A stretch of DNA of 13,357 nucleotides from an archaeon (GCA_043803745.1 JAZDJS010000012.1:1-13357); one strand, 5' to 3'; counted from the stretch's first letter, positions 1 through 8,543 are shown. Notes: generated by a model not told the origin, from the sequence alone. Numbers and translations are program-made.

Positions 1-391
1 AGTCCGGAATTATCACAAGCAATTTCACGTCAAGCTCTTCCCGGGGCGTATCAAATCCCAGAAAACCGTTGTCTGCCCTTCGTACCTGAACAACCGTCCC
101 GGTAGTCTTACTTGTCGGAAACAAATAGGAAAATGCGTGAAAAGTTACTTCCGTTCCGTCATACCGGACAACTTGCTTGTCATATCCGCTGAAAGGGGCG
201 TCCGGCAAATAACCCGGCTCCTCAACAATTGCCCCTGAAACGCGCTGCTGGATTTCCTCTATTTTTTCCCGCGGCGTTCCAGGGGGATAGTTAAGCAGAA
301 TGCAAGTTGCCTTTCCCGCTTTACCCTCTTCAATTTCGCACCCAGTGAAAACCTCGAAAGAAAAATCCGCAGGAGGCTCGAATCCGGACAT
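1..391 (-). CDS. Hypothetical protein, 3'-truncated by window edge (>=130 aa)
   Basis: Not in the ORF track. Manual translation from ATG at 391 is open to base 1 (MSGFEPPADFSFEVFTGCEIEEGKAGKATCILLNY...LLVIIPD). A TATA box lies 22-29 nt upstream. Confidence 0.7.
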   Translation of the reverse strand, partial: MSGFEPPADFSFEVFTGCEIEEGKAGKATCILLNYPPGTPREKIEEIQQRVSGAIVEEPGYLPDAPFSGYDKQVVRYDGTEVTFHAFSYLFPTSKTTGTVVQVRRADNGFLGFDTPREELDVKLLVIIPD

Positions 392-412
392 TGGAAATAT
401 TCTCCATTGCCA

Positions 413-420
413 CTTTATAA
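413..420 (-). promoter_or_regulatory. Archaeal TATA box (TTATAAAG) for the 1..391 gene
   Basis: Lies 22-29 nt upstream of ATG 391, typical spacing for a leaderless archaeal transcript. Confidence 0.55.
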
Positions 421-434
421 TAGTTCAACCTTTT

Positions 435-450
435 GAAACAACCTTAATAA
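435..450 (+). promoter_or_regulatory. BRE/TATA-like promoter of bud32
   Basis: Purine-rich GAAACAA (435-441) then TTAATAA (444-450), 23-29 nt upstream of ATG 473. Confidence 0.5.
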
Positions 451-472
451 GCTTCCGGGACGCTTTCAGGAA

Positions 473-1051
473 ATGCCGGAAACAATTGCGCGGGGCGCCG
501 AGGCGATCCTTGTCCGGGACGGAGCGCGCCTTTCCAAGGAGCGGATTTCAAAGGGCTACCGCGCCCCCGAGCTCGACTCACGCCTGAGGCATCGGAGGAC
601 GCGCCTTGAGGCCAGGGTAATTGACGCGCTTTTGCGCGCAGGGGCAAACGTCCCGAGGGTGATTTCAACCGACGAGAATTCCTGTAAAATCGAGATGGAT
701 TTCCTCGATGGGAAAAAAGCCCGGGACCGCTTCTCGGAAAAGCTCGTCCCCAAAATTGCTGAGCAGATCATCATTGTCCATTCAGCCGGAATAATCCACG
801 GCGACATCACGACCTCGAACATGATTCTTTCGAGCGGAAAAATCTGGCTGATAGATTTCGGGCTTGCCAAGTTCTCAAGCTCGGTCGAGGACCGGGCTGT
901 CGACATACACCTGTTTTCCCAGGCGCTTGAAAGCACGCACACGCCGGTCGCGCGCAAGGCTTTCGGGAAATTCCTGAAAATCTACGGGAGAAAATTCCCC
1001 GAAGTCGTCGCCAGGCTCAAGAAGGTCGAGTCCAGGGGAAGATATCGGTAA
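473..1051 (+). CDS. bud32: KEOPS complex kinase/ATPase Bud32 (standalone, not fused to Kae1)
   Basis: RGAEA, KERISKGYR..LD..LR..RT..EA, HGDITTSN, IDFGL, EDRAVDIHLF and C-terminal RGRY motifs. Confidence 0.95.
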   Translation: MPETIARGAEAILVRDGARLSKERISKGYRAPELDSRLRHRRTRLEARVIDALLRAGANVPRVISTDENSCKIEMDFLDGKKARDRFSEKLVPKIAEQIIIVHSAGIIHGDITTSNMILSSGKIWLIDFGLAKFSSSVEDRAVDIHLFSQALESTHTPVARKAFGKFLKIYGRKFPEVVARLKKVESRGRYR

Positions 1052-1056
1052 GTTTC

Positions 1057-2601
1057 CTACCGGTCAATGTCCTGGTGGAATCTGCTCTCTATTATCTCAA
1101 GGACGGGCTTTTGCATCACAACTCCCGCATCTTCCGCCGCAATCGCAGCCGCATACTCGAGCTTCTCCTCGCTTTCCGAATAGATTTCGTAGAGCGGGTC
1201 GCCCTTCTTCAGCTTGGCGCCCTTCTTGATGAAAAGGTAGATTCCCGCCCCCTTGTTTTTGGGCGCGCCCGCCGCCCGGGCGATTTTCGTGAGCTGGCTG
1301 TTGATGAAGCTGAAAATGGAGCAGCCTTCCGAAGAAAAGATTCTCTTCCTGAACTTTCCCGGCTTCGGAGTCGCGCTCGAGACCTTCTCGGAACCCCCCT
1401 GGGCGTGCACGATTTCCCTGAACTTGGCAAGCGCTTTTCCGGAGGCAAGGAGGTTTTCGGCAATCTTTTCTCCTTCCCCTCTGGCAGCCTTTCCAGTATG
1501 CTCAAGCAAAAGCCCCGCAAGGGTCAGCGCCTTCTTTCTCAGGTCGTCGGGCGCATCCGGCGCGCATTCAAGGACCTTAAGGACATCAATTGCCTCAAGT
1601 GCCGGACCGATTCCGTTCCCGATTGGCTGGTCTCCGGCGGTGAGCGCGACTTCGACGTCGAGCCCCAAGCGCGTCCCGAGAGAAATGAACCGTCCCGCAA
1701 GCTTCCTGCCCGCTTCCTCGGTTTCGAACTTCCCCCCGCGCGCAATCGGGATGTCAATCAGGATCTTCTTAGCCCCCTCCGCTTTCTTCTTCGAGAGGAT
1801 GCTAGCAAGAAGGAAAGGTTCCGGGTCAAGCCGAAGGGGATAGCGCAGCTGGTTCAGCCTGTCGTCCGCCGGAGAAAGGTTCACCGCCCCGTTCCAGATT
1901 ATGCATCCGCCAACCTTGTTGACAATTGAGGTGACCGCGTCGAAGCTGTGCTCGACGCTGCAGAGGACCTCCATCACGTCCGCGGTTCCCGCCGGCGAGG
2001 AAATTGCGCGCGCGGAAGTCTTCGCCATTGTCAAGCCGGCTGCAACGCAAATCGGGATCACAATCATCGTCGTCCTGTTCCCCGGAACGCCTCCGGTGCA
2101 GTGCTTGCTTGCGACAAGCTTTCCCGGAAAGGAGAGCGTTTTCCCCGCCTCAACCATCCCCTCTGCAAGGGCTGAAAGCTCGTCATCGTTGAAATCGTGG
2201 CTGTAGCAGGATGACATGAAGAAAACGGATTCGATGTCGGAAAGCTTGTTGTCGACAACGTCCCTGATTATCTCCTTTATCTCGGCGGGGGCGAGCGCCT
2301 GCCCGAGGAGCCGCTTTTTGATGTAGCCCGCGGTTCTTGGGGGCTTGGCTGGCTCGACCTGGACGGATTTCCCGTCAAGTTTCTCATCTTCGTCAGTGTT
2401 CCCCTCGAAAAGCCCGAGTTCCCCCGGCTTTAGAACGTCCCTGGTGACGTCAACGATGAATGTGTGGGTTTCCCCGTCAAAGGTGACGCTTATCCGGTCG
2501 TTCGGATGGACCCCGAGTTCGCCGGCGTCCTCCTTGTGCAAAAGCGCGATCTTCTTCCCGCCGGTCTCGATGTCAATCCTCTTTCCCTTCAGCGTAAGCA
2601 T
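1057..2601 (-). CDS. deoA: AMP phosphorylase (archaeal thymidine phosphorylase family)
   Basis: 514 aa with the N-terminal extension typical of AMP phosphorylases. Motifs KHCTGGVPGNRTT, KTSARAISSPAGTADVMEVL, LSPADD, QPIGNGIGPALEA, ARAAGAPKNKGAG. Confidence 0.93.
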   Translation of the reverse strand: MLTLKGKRIDIETGGKKIALLHKEDAGELGVHPNDRISVTFDGETHTFIVDVTRDVLKPGELGLFEGNTDEDEKLDGKSVQVEPAKPPRTAGYIKKRLLGQALAPAEIKEIIRDVVDNKLSDIESVFFMSSCYSHDFNDDELSALAEGMVEAGKTLSFPGKLVASKHCTGGVPGNRTTMIVIPICVAAGLTMAKTSARAISSPAGTADVMEVLCSVEHSFDAVTSIVNKVGGCIIWNGAVNLSPADDRLNQLRYPLRLDPEPFLLASILSKKKAEGAKKILIDIPIARGGKFETEEAGRKLAGRFISLGTRLGLDVEVALTAGDQPIGNGIGPALEAIDVLKVLECAPDAPDDLRKKALTLAGLLLEHTGKAARGEGEKIAENLLASGKALAKFREIVHAQGGSEKVSSATPKPGKFRKRIFSSEGCSIFSFINSQLTKIARAAGAPKNKGAGIYLFIKKGAKLKKGDPLYEIYSESEEKLEYAAAIAAEDAGVVMQKPVLEIIESRFHQDIDR

Positions 2602-2642
2602 GGTATGCCAAGGCTTGCAAGGCTATTTATCTGTTGCCGCCG

Positions 2643-3353
2643 TCACGAAAAATTTGCATTTTCCCGCAGAGAGTTGACTTTGCGCAGCCTCAAGAACATG
2701 TCATCTGCAGTATATTGCCCGGCGCTGAGAGTGTTGCCCTCCCGTTCTGCGTAGTGCAGGGGCGCCACGCAGCAGCGGGTTCCTCGCTTATCCGCCCAGC
2801 GCGCCTTGAGCCGGTCGTAAAACCTGAAATTGTCATAATTGAACGAAAGCTTCCCGTCAGAATCAAGCGCGAATTGGTTTCCCCAATTACCTTCATAGGC
2901 CTCCTGGCTAATCAAAAGTTTCTTCGGAGCGTCGACTTCTACGCCAAGCGCCTTTGAAACCGCAGTTGCAATGTTCAGGAAGGGCAGCCCCCCTCCGCTG
3001 CGGCATGAATAGAGTAGGACGCGGGCATCTTCGGAAAAAAAGGGCCTGAGCTTCGAAAGCGCGCCCCGGGCGTTAAAAATCGAAAGCTCCTCATAAAAAT
3101 ATCCCCTGTCGCAGAGAAACATTGCCGAGGGCGTGCCATGAAAGGCCAAGACAAGTCCGTCGATTGGCCCCTTGCGGTCAGCCTCGCGCTCAATGCAATC
3201 AGCAAGGAATTCCTGGTCGGTTACCTGGGGCCCGTCAACCTTTGCGCCGGAAAGTTCCCCAAGGTCGCGCTCAATGGAATGATTGCGGATTTCCGGACCT
3301 TCGCCCGGTCCGAATGGGCTTGCGCAATAGAAGAAATGTTTCCGCTTACTCAC
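2643..3353 (-). CDS. Hypothetical protein, DUF4347-like / caspase-hemoglobinase-fold candidate
   Basis: 236 aa with IDGLVLAFHG ... ARVLLYSCRSG ... AVSKALGVEVDAP, resembling DUF4347/peptidase C80-type His-Cys pattern. GTG start. TATATAAA at 3375-3382. Confidence 0.6.
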   Translation of the reverse strand: MSKRKHFFYCASPFGPGEGPEIRNHSIERDLGELSGAKVDGPQVTDQEFLADCIEREADRKGPIDGLVLAFHGTPSAMFLCDRGYFYEELSIFNARGALSKLRPFFSEDARVLLYSCRSGGGLPFLNIATAVSKALGVEVDAPKKLLISQEAYEGNWGNQFALDSDGKLSFNYDNFRFYDRLKARWADKRGTRCCVAPLHYAEREGNTLSAGQYTADDMFLRLRKVNSLRENANFS

Positions 3354-3374
3354 ATAACTACTTTATTGGAGTAA

Positions 3375-3382
3375 TTTATATA
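3375..3382 (-). promoter_or_regulatory. TATA box (TATATAAA) for the 2643..3353 gene
   Basis: Consensus-like TATA 22-29 nt upstream of the start, in the short AT-rich spacer after pelota. Confidence 0.6.
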
Positions 3383-3385
3383 CTT

Positions 3386-4450
3386 TTAGGCAGGCTTGTA
3401 AGCATATCTCAAAAGCCCGACAACCCCGCCAAGGCCGGAAATCTTCTGCCCCGCCTCGTGCGTTTCGGAAATGACCGAAACGTTTCCGCCGGCTTTCTCA
3501 ACCGCGCGAATCGTCTCCTCAAGCTGAACGAACGTTCCGTCAAGGCGCGTCTTCTTTATCATGCTGTCCGTAAGAAGGAGCCTCTCAACAGCGCCCGCAA
3601 GCGCGGCCGCCCTCACCTGTTCCCCGCCATAGGCAACCTTGTCCGGATTCTTCCCGAGCTGGGAAAAGACCCGTTCGACAAGGGAATTCTCCTCGGAAAG
3701 GGCGGTGCCCTCAAGTATTTTTCTCCCATCCCCCTCAAGAAGATCCTTCAGAGCAGCCTTTGTTGCCGAGCTTGCATTCGCCAGGGAGAATTTCACTTTC
3801 CCCCGGCAGAAATCGGAAAAATTCTCCTTTGCATTCCCAGGTCCCGCGACAATAATGCTTTTCGCCCGGGGCGCGAAGGACTGGAGCGCTGAAAAGACCC
3901 GTTCGAAATATTCCCTTGTTGCCGAATCATATGCCTTCGGGTCGCTTTTCGACGGTATGCTCGACTCAAGCGAGGCAAGCCAGTTTATCCCCTCCCCGGA
4001 AACAAGCGCGAAATTCGCCTCATCCCGGTCAATCAGGAGGATCAGGATTTTCGGCTGCGCCTGCCTTGCGCGCCTTATCCGTTCAAGGTCCAGGGAGGAA
4101 ATTCCTCCCTCCTTCTGCAGCTTTATCAGGTCCCCCGGCTCAACGGAGAACGTGTGGTAGGAACCGAGCGGAGCAAGGTCGTTTTCCGAAGAGATTTTCC
4201 CGGAAACTCGGAGGGCGCCGGAGAACGGGTGATATTCGACCTTTTCAACCCGGATTGAAAGCGTTACGGCAACCTTTTCGGATTCGCTCCTCTCGCTTCC
4301 TAGGTCAAGCTTCACCTTCCGGACAGTCCGCATTGTCGCGAGGGTTTTGCCATCCTCAGTAAGGATGTTCGAGAGGTGCCAGATGTCGTCGCCGTTTTCG
4401 ACAAGGAGTTTCAGCTCCCCCGCCCGTTCGTCAGCGAAAATCACTTTCAT
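3386..4450 (-). CDS. pelA: mRNA surveillance / ribosome rescue protein pelota (Dom34)
   Basis: DDIWHLSNIL, LRVSGKI, LGSYHTFSVEPG, IIVAGPG, VAYG, GAVERLLLTD, HEAGQKISGLGGVVGLLRY. eRF1-like three-domain layout. Confidence 0.96.
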   Translation of the reverse strand: MKVIFADERAGELKLLVENGDDIWHLSNILTEDGKTLATMRTVRKVKLDLGSERSESEKVAVTLSIRVEKVEYHPFSGALRVSGKISSENDLAPLGSYHTFSVEPGDLIKLQKEGGISSLDLERIRRARQAQPKILILLIDRDEANFALVSGEGINWLASLESSIPSKSDPKAYDSATREYFERVFSALQSFAPRAKSIIVAGPGNAKENFSDFCRGKVKFSLANASSATKAALKDLLEGDGRKILEGTALSEENSLVERVFSQLGKNPDKVAYGGEQVRAAALAGAVERLLLTDSMIKKTRLDGTFVQLEETIRAVEKAGGNVSVISETHEAGQKISGLGGVVGLLRYAYKPA

Positions 4451-4472
4451 CGGGGCTTGTAAACCCCCAATC

Positions 4473-4480
4473 TTTATAAA
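4473..4480. promoter_or_regulatory. Palindromic TATA box TTTATAAA, probably shared by divergent genes
   Basis: Self-complementary 8-mer centred 26.5 nt from the pelota ATG (4450, -) and 27.5 nt from ATG 4504 (+). Confidence 0.65.
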
Positions 4481-4503
4481 AAATGGGCGATTCGGTCCCG
4501 GAT

Positions 4504-5679
4504 ATGGAAAACCGGCGGGGGCTTGCGGGCGTTTTCCTTATACTTCTCGCCGGAATAGTCCTCGCATCGCTCCTCGCCCTTTTCGCATCAAGCGAGGTGA
4601 CCGGGGGGAACGTTTTCGTCGGCTTCATTCCAAGGGAGCTTCTGCAGGAAAAGCAGGTCGGGCTTGTCGGGGCTTCGATTGGCGAGGGATTCAGGCACAT
4701 CTATTTCGGCAGGGTTTCCCTCAAGTCGGGGGCTGGCGGGACCCTTTCCTCAGAAAACGGCTCTGCGGAAGTTGCCCGCGGGCTTGTGACAAGCCAGGAG
4801 CATGAAATTGCGTTCTTATACAATTCCAAACCGGTCCAAGTTTCCTTCGTTGTCGACGAAACAAACGGCCTCGGTCTCCTGATTGCGCGGGCGAATGGGA
4901 GGATAGTCTGGTCCGGGAATCCCGGGGTTGGCGAGAAAGTTGAGTTCACAATCCCCCTTGAAAGCCTGAGGCAGGATGGCAATTCCCTCGTTTTCTCAAC
5001 AACCTCCTCAGGGTGGAAGATTTGGTCGCCTTCATATTACCGCATTAACCGGATTTCCGTCGGATATTCCGGGGAGGAAACAAGCACGCAAAAGCGCCAG
5101 TTCGCCCTCACGAAAGAGGAGATTGACTCGTTCGTCCTCGGACGGGTCATTTTCACGGTTTCCTCGGCAAGCCCCGGCGCCCCGATTTCAATAAAGATAA
5201 ACAATGCAACAATCTGGAAAAGCCCCGTCGGAGAGGGAACGCTCCCGGTTTCAATCGACTTTTCCTCCTCGGGGACGACTCTTTCTGGGGAGAATGAGAT
5301 AGCCTTCCTGACTGAAAAGGGGAACTCCGCCGAGCTTGCGGGAGCGGAGATAATTGTATTCACCTCGTCAGAGGGAAAGGGGACCCCCGCGACGACGTTT
5401 TCCCTGACCCGCGAGGATTTCGACGTGCTTAACGGTGGGAGGATGACGGGGCGGGTCGAGTTCACCGTTTCGGAAGTTTCCCACGCGGGAACGATCCAGG
5501 TTTCAATTGTCGGGGACAAGGAAGTCACCATCTACTCGGACAGGGCGGTTGCGGGAACGGTTCTCGCAACGTTCACAAAAGGATCCGCGGTTTTCGGCAA
5601 GAACCTGCTCGTGTTCTCCTCCCCCGACGAGGGGATTTTCAGAATCAGCGACCTTTCAGTGAAGCTTGAGAGGACCTAA
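4504..5679 (+). CDS. Membrane-anchored/secreted protein with three internal beta-rich repeats
   Basis: N-terminal basic plus hydrophobic segment (RRGLAGVFLILLAGIVLASLLALFA). ATG 4504 is preferred over 4483 because of TATA spacing. Confidence 0.8.
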   Translation: MENRRGLAGVFLILLAGIVLASLLALFASSEVTGGNVFVGFIPRELLQEKQVGLVGASIGEGFRHIYFGRVSLKSGAGGTLSSENGSAEVARGLVTSQEHEIAFLYNSKPVQVSFVVDETNGLGLLIARANGRIVWSGNPGVGEKVEFTIPLESLRQDGNSLVFSTTSSGWKIWSPSYYRINRISVGYSGEETSTQKRQFALTKEEIDSFVLGRVIFTVSSASPGAPISIKINNATIWKSPVGEGTLPVSIDFSSSGTTLSGENEIAFLTEKGNSAELAGAEIIVFTSSEGKGTPATTFSLTREDFDVLNGGRMTGRVEFTVSEVSHAGTIQVSIVGDKEVTIYSDRAVAGTVLATFTKGSAVFGKNLLVFSSPDEGIFRISDLSVKLERT

Positions 5680-5680
5680 G

Positions 5681-6628
5681 ATGGCAAGAAACAAGAAAAA
5701 CTCCAGGTCATTCGCAGCCTTCGTGATTCTTGCGGCAGTTCTAGTCCTCCTTGCCGGGTGCACTTCAAGCAGGGACGGGAACGCGCCGGCGACCGACAAA
5801 AAAAACGAAGGAACAATAATTTCGATTTCAGACGCGTTTTCATCCGAGGTTTCCGCGAACGAGGGCGAGCTTATCGGGATTACGGCGGAGGTCGAGAACA
5901 CCGGGAGCGTCCCGCTTGAGAATGTCAACGCGATTTTCTACAATTTCGGCTCGAACCTTTTCGGATGTCCGGATGTCTATATCGGCGAGCTTCCTCCTGG
6001 AGAGTCCTACGAGGCGAAATGCGACGTAACCGCAAAGACCCGCGATTCCTGGGGCGACCCCGAGAAAACGAGCTTCACCCAGGAGATTTCCCTCAAAGTC
6101 AGGTATTCCTTCCCGATTTCCGGGGCTTTCGAATCAATAAGGGTGATGTCCCCAGAGGAATATGCGCGCGTAAATCCCGGCTCGAAAACCGAAGAGAAAT
6201 CCGTCGCAATCGGGCCGGTGACGATGAAGGCGGAATTCCAAAAGCAGCCGGCGGTTTCCGGGAGGGATTTCCCAATCAGCCTTTCATTCGCAGCCAGAAC
6301 CTCCAGCACCGAGGGAATCGAAACCTTCGAGGACATGGGGACTGTTGCAAGCGCGCAGCTGCGCGTGCCCGCAAGCTTCTCATTCTCGGGCAAGGGAAGC
6401 TTCGACTCGGCAGGAATTCCGTGCGGCGACGGGAAATACGTCTGCGCGACGAAATCCGGCTGGACTATTTCCGGGAAGAACAGCTCGACCCTTCTTGTGA
6501 ACGTCAGGCCCCCCAGCCTCTCAGTTCCTGAGGAAACCTTCTCCGCACGCTTCGACGCCGAAGGGTTCACGGTTTTCAGGATTGCGAAGAAGAAGATTAC
6601 GGTTTCTGCGGTTTCTTCAGGGGAATAG
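5681..6628 (+). CDS. Putative lipoprotein with CARDB/Ig-like domain
   Basis: Basic N-terminus, hydrophobic stretch and lipobox LLAGC. Ig/CARDB-like ITAEVENTGSVPLENV and IGELPPGES. ATG 5681 lies 1 nt after the upstream stop and is preferred over TTG 5666. Confidence 0.8.
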   Translation: MARNKKNSRSFAAFVILAAVLVLLAGCTSSRDGNAPATDKKNEGTIISISDAFSSEVSANEGELIGITAEVENTGSVPLENVNAIFYNFGSNLFGCPDVYIGELPPGESYEAKCDVTAKTRDSWGDPEKTSFTQEISLKVRYSFPISGAFESIRVMSPEEYARVNPGSKTEEKSVAIGPVTMKAEFQKQPAVSGRDFPISLSFAARTSSTEGIETFEDMGTVASAQLRVPASFSFSGKGSFDSAGIPCGDGKYVCATKSGWTISGKNSSTLLVNVRPPSLSVPEETFSARFDAEGFTVFRIAKKKITVSAVSSGE

Positions 6629-6770
6629 AAGGGAAATTACTCAAATCATCTAGAAATGGCGATAAGATGGATTCAAAGACGCGCCTCGTCGGTTATGTGC
6701 AGGAAAGGGCCTTTCGGAAAGGAACGCATCAGGATCGATTTCAACCCGGCGGCAATTTTCTCCAGGCGCC

Positions 6771-7019
6771 CTAATCGTAGATGTTCTCGCGGTTCCCAAT
6801 TTTGTGGACTATTATCATCTTCATTCTGCTGTCAATTTCCACTATTATCCGCCAATTCCCGGCGCGAAGCCTCCAAAAGGGAAGACCGGCAAGCCTTTTC
6901 GCGAAATCCTCCGGCCTGACCTTTGCCCTCTCGAGGACGCCGAGAATCCTGCGCTTCAATTCATTGTCCAGTTTCGAGAACTCCGACTTTACCGGGCCGG
7001 TGAAGACTATCTGGTACAT
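6771..7019 (-). CDS. relE: Type II toxin, RelE/ParE family
   Basis: 82 aa: YQIVFT..VKSEFSKLD, KRLAG..FWRLRAGNWRII, IGNRENIYD. Confidence 0.92.
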   Translation of the reverse strand: MYQIVFTGPVKSEFSKLDNELKRRILGVLERAKVRPEDFAKRLAGLPFWRLRAGNWRIIVEIDSRMKMIIVHKIGNRENIYD

Positions 7020-7021
7020 TG

Positions 7022-7240
7022 TCAGAGCCCGGACTCTTTCCTGAGCTTCTCAATCGTTACGAAATTGCCCTTTGCGAAGGCTTTCCGCGAGCTTCCGATT
7101 TCCTTAAGCGTTTTGGCACTGAGCCTTTTGGAATCCTCGAGGAGGTCCCAGATTATTTCCTCGTAGCTCTCGTTGTCGCTCATTTTTCTTTCCTTTAGGA
7201 CCTGGACAAGCCTGCCGCTGACTTGGATAGTTGTTCCCAT
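7022..7240 (-). CDS. Cognate antitoxin (archaeal ribbon-helix-helix-like)
   Basis: 72 aa: TTIQVS..L...LK..K....ESYEEIIWDLLE, C-terminal GNFVTIEKL. Ends 2 nt before the relE start. Confidence 0.85.
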   Translation of the reverse strand: MGTTIQVSGRLVQVLKERKMSDNESYEEIIWDLLEDSKRLSAKTLKEIGSSRKAFAKGNFVTIEKLRKESGL

Positions 7241-7254
7241 AGAAAGATATGGAT

Positions 7255-7269
7255 AACTATAGTTTAAAA
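7255..7269 (-). promoter_or_regulatory. TA promoter: TATA (TTTTAAA) with overlapping palindromic operator candidate
   Basis: TTTTAAA on minus strand at 7263-7269 and perfect palindrome AACTATAGTT at 7255-7264. Confidence 0.55.
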
Positions 7270-7280
7270 GGCTTCCGGCC

Positions 7281-8543
7281 CTAGAAGAACTTCGTCAACG
7301 ATTTCTGGGTGATCCCGGAAACGCAGTTTATCTCGCTCGCCCGTTCGACGATAATCCTCTTCATTTCCTCGGAATCGCGCGGGATTATCACCTGCCCGTA
7401 CCGCCCCCCTCCCCCCGGGACGAAGACCACAAAGCCGTCCCTGAATTTCTGGAGCGCGTCCGCAAGCTCCGGATGCTTCGGGGAAATCTCCTCGGGCTTG
7501 AGCTCGAAAAGTATTTTTGTCTCAGTGCCGTAATCCGAGACAATTTCATTGTAGCGCGCCTCGGCTTCGGCAGGGGAAATCCGCATCACCCGCGTTATCA
7601 GGTCAACGAGTGGGATTGTGTACTGGTAAGGGGGCCTCCCGGGCGGGGAAACCGATTGCGCGCCTCCAGAAAGCTTCTCAATCCGGTCCTTGACCCCCAT
7701 CTTTATTATGCTGCCGCAGGAGACGCAGGTGTAACTGAGCGAGCGAGCTTCGTCAATCCCGTATTTCTGGTAGCATTTCGTGCAGGCTGTGCAGTGGTAT
7801 CTGCCTTCCCGCGGGTCGACTCCCGCGTTGAAGACTATTTTCCTCTCCGCCGCTCCCTTCAATGCAAGCTCTATCTCGTTGAAGGAAACCGATTTCACCG
7901 CAAGGCGCATGAATTCTCGCCCAAGCCGGGCCGGGTTTGCGGAATGCGCATCTGAGCCTGAGAGGTAGACGAATGCGCGCAGCTCCTCGACCTTGTCGGC
8001 AAGATATGTGTCAGCGGAAAGCCCGAGCTCAACGAAGGAAAGGAGGCGCGTTGCGGATTTGTAGCATTCGGACAGCGAGGTGAACGTCTTGAAAACGCTT
8101 GTCCATGGAGTGAATGCATGGGCAGGGCCGAAAAGGCAGCCGGAATCAAGGCAGGTGTTCGCAATTGCCTCCCCGGAAAGCCCGACCTTCGGGCGGCCGT
8201 CGAAAGCGAAGTTGTTCGAGAAATTCTCAAGCTTCTCCTTCACATCCTGGAGCGCGGCAAGCCCCGGGAAAATCACAAGGTGGTGCACGGAATCCCTGTC
8301 CTCAAGCTCCCCGGTAAGGATGAATTTGACCCCGTTCTCGTGCGTGAAAATCCCGGTCTCGTCGCTATAGCCCATCTGCTTTATTTCGGCAAGCCAGTCC
8401 GGATGGAGCGCATCCCCCGTGCCGACAAGGGCAAGCCCCTTCTTCCGCGCGCATTCGGCAACGGCGTTTATCGTTATTTCGGGCGAGCATGCCTTTGCAA
8501 AGCGGCTGTGTATGTGCAGGTCGGCATCTATTTCCTGGAGCAT
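7281..8543 (-). CDS. endoQ: Endonuclease Q family protein (PHP domain plus zinc ribbon, TIGR00375-like)
   Basis: DLHIHSRF, GTGDALHP, PAHAFTPWTS, ELGLSAD, SDAHS, GREF, YHCTACTKC...CVSCG..IKMGVKDRI, PGGGGRYG. Confidence 0.92.
   Translation of the reverse strand: MLQEIDADLHIHSRFAKACSPEITINAVAECARKKGLALVGTGDALHPDWLAEIKQMGYSDETGIFTHENGVKFILTGELEDRDSVHHLVIFPGLAALQDVKEKLENFSNNFAFDGRPKVGLSGEAIANTCLDSGCLFGPAHAFTPWTSVFKTFTSLSECYKSATRLLSFVELGLSADTYLADKVEELRAFVYLSGSDAHSANPARLGREFMRLAVKSVSFNEIELALKGAAERKIVFNAGVDPREGRYHCTACTKCYQKYGIDEARSLSYTCVSCGSIIKMGVKDRIEKLSGGAQSVSPPGRPPYQYTIPLVDLITRVMRISPAEAEARYNEIVSDYGTETKILFELKPEEISPKHPELADALQKFRDGFVVFVPGGGGRYGQVIIPRDSEEMKRIIVERASEINCVSGITQKSLTKFF

Noticed and set aside
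6656-6919. 87-aa plus-strand ORF and a 35-aa ORF at 6667-6774
   Set aside because: The longer one is largely antisense to relE. Neither has a clear promoter or motif.
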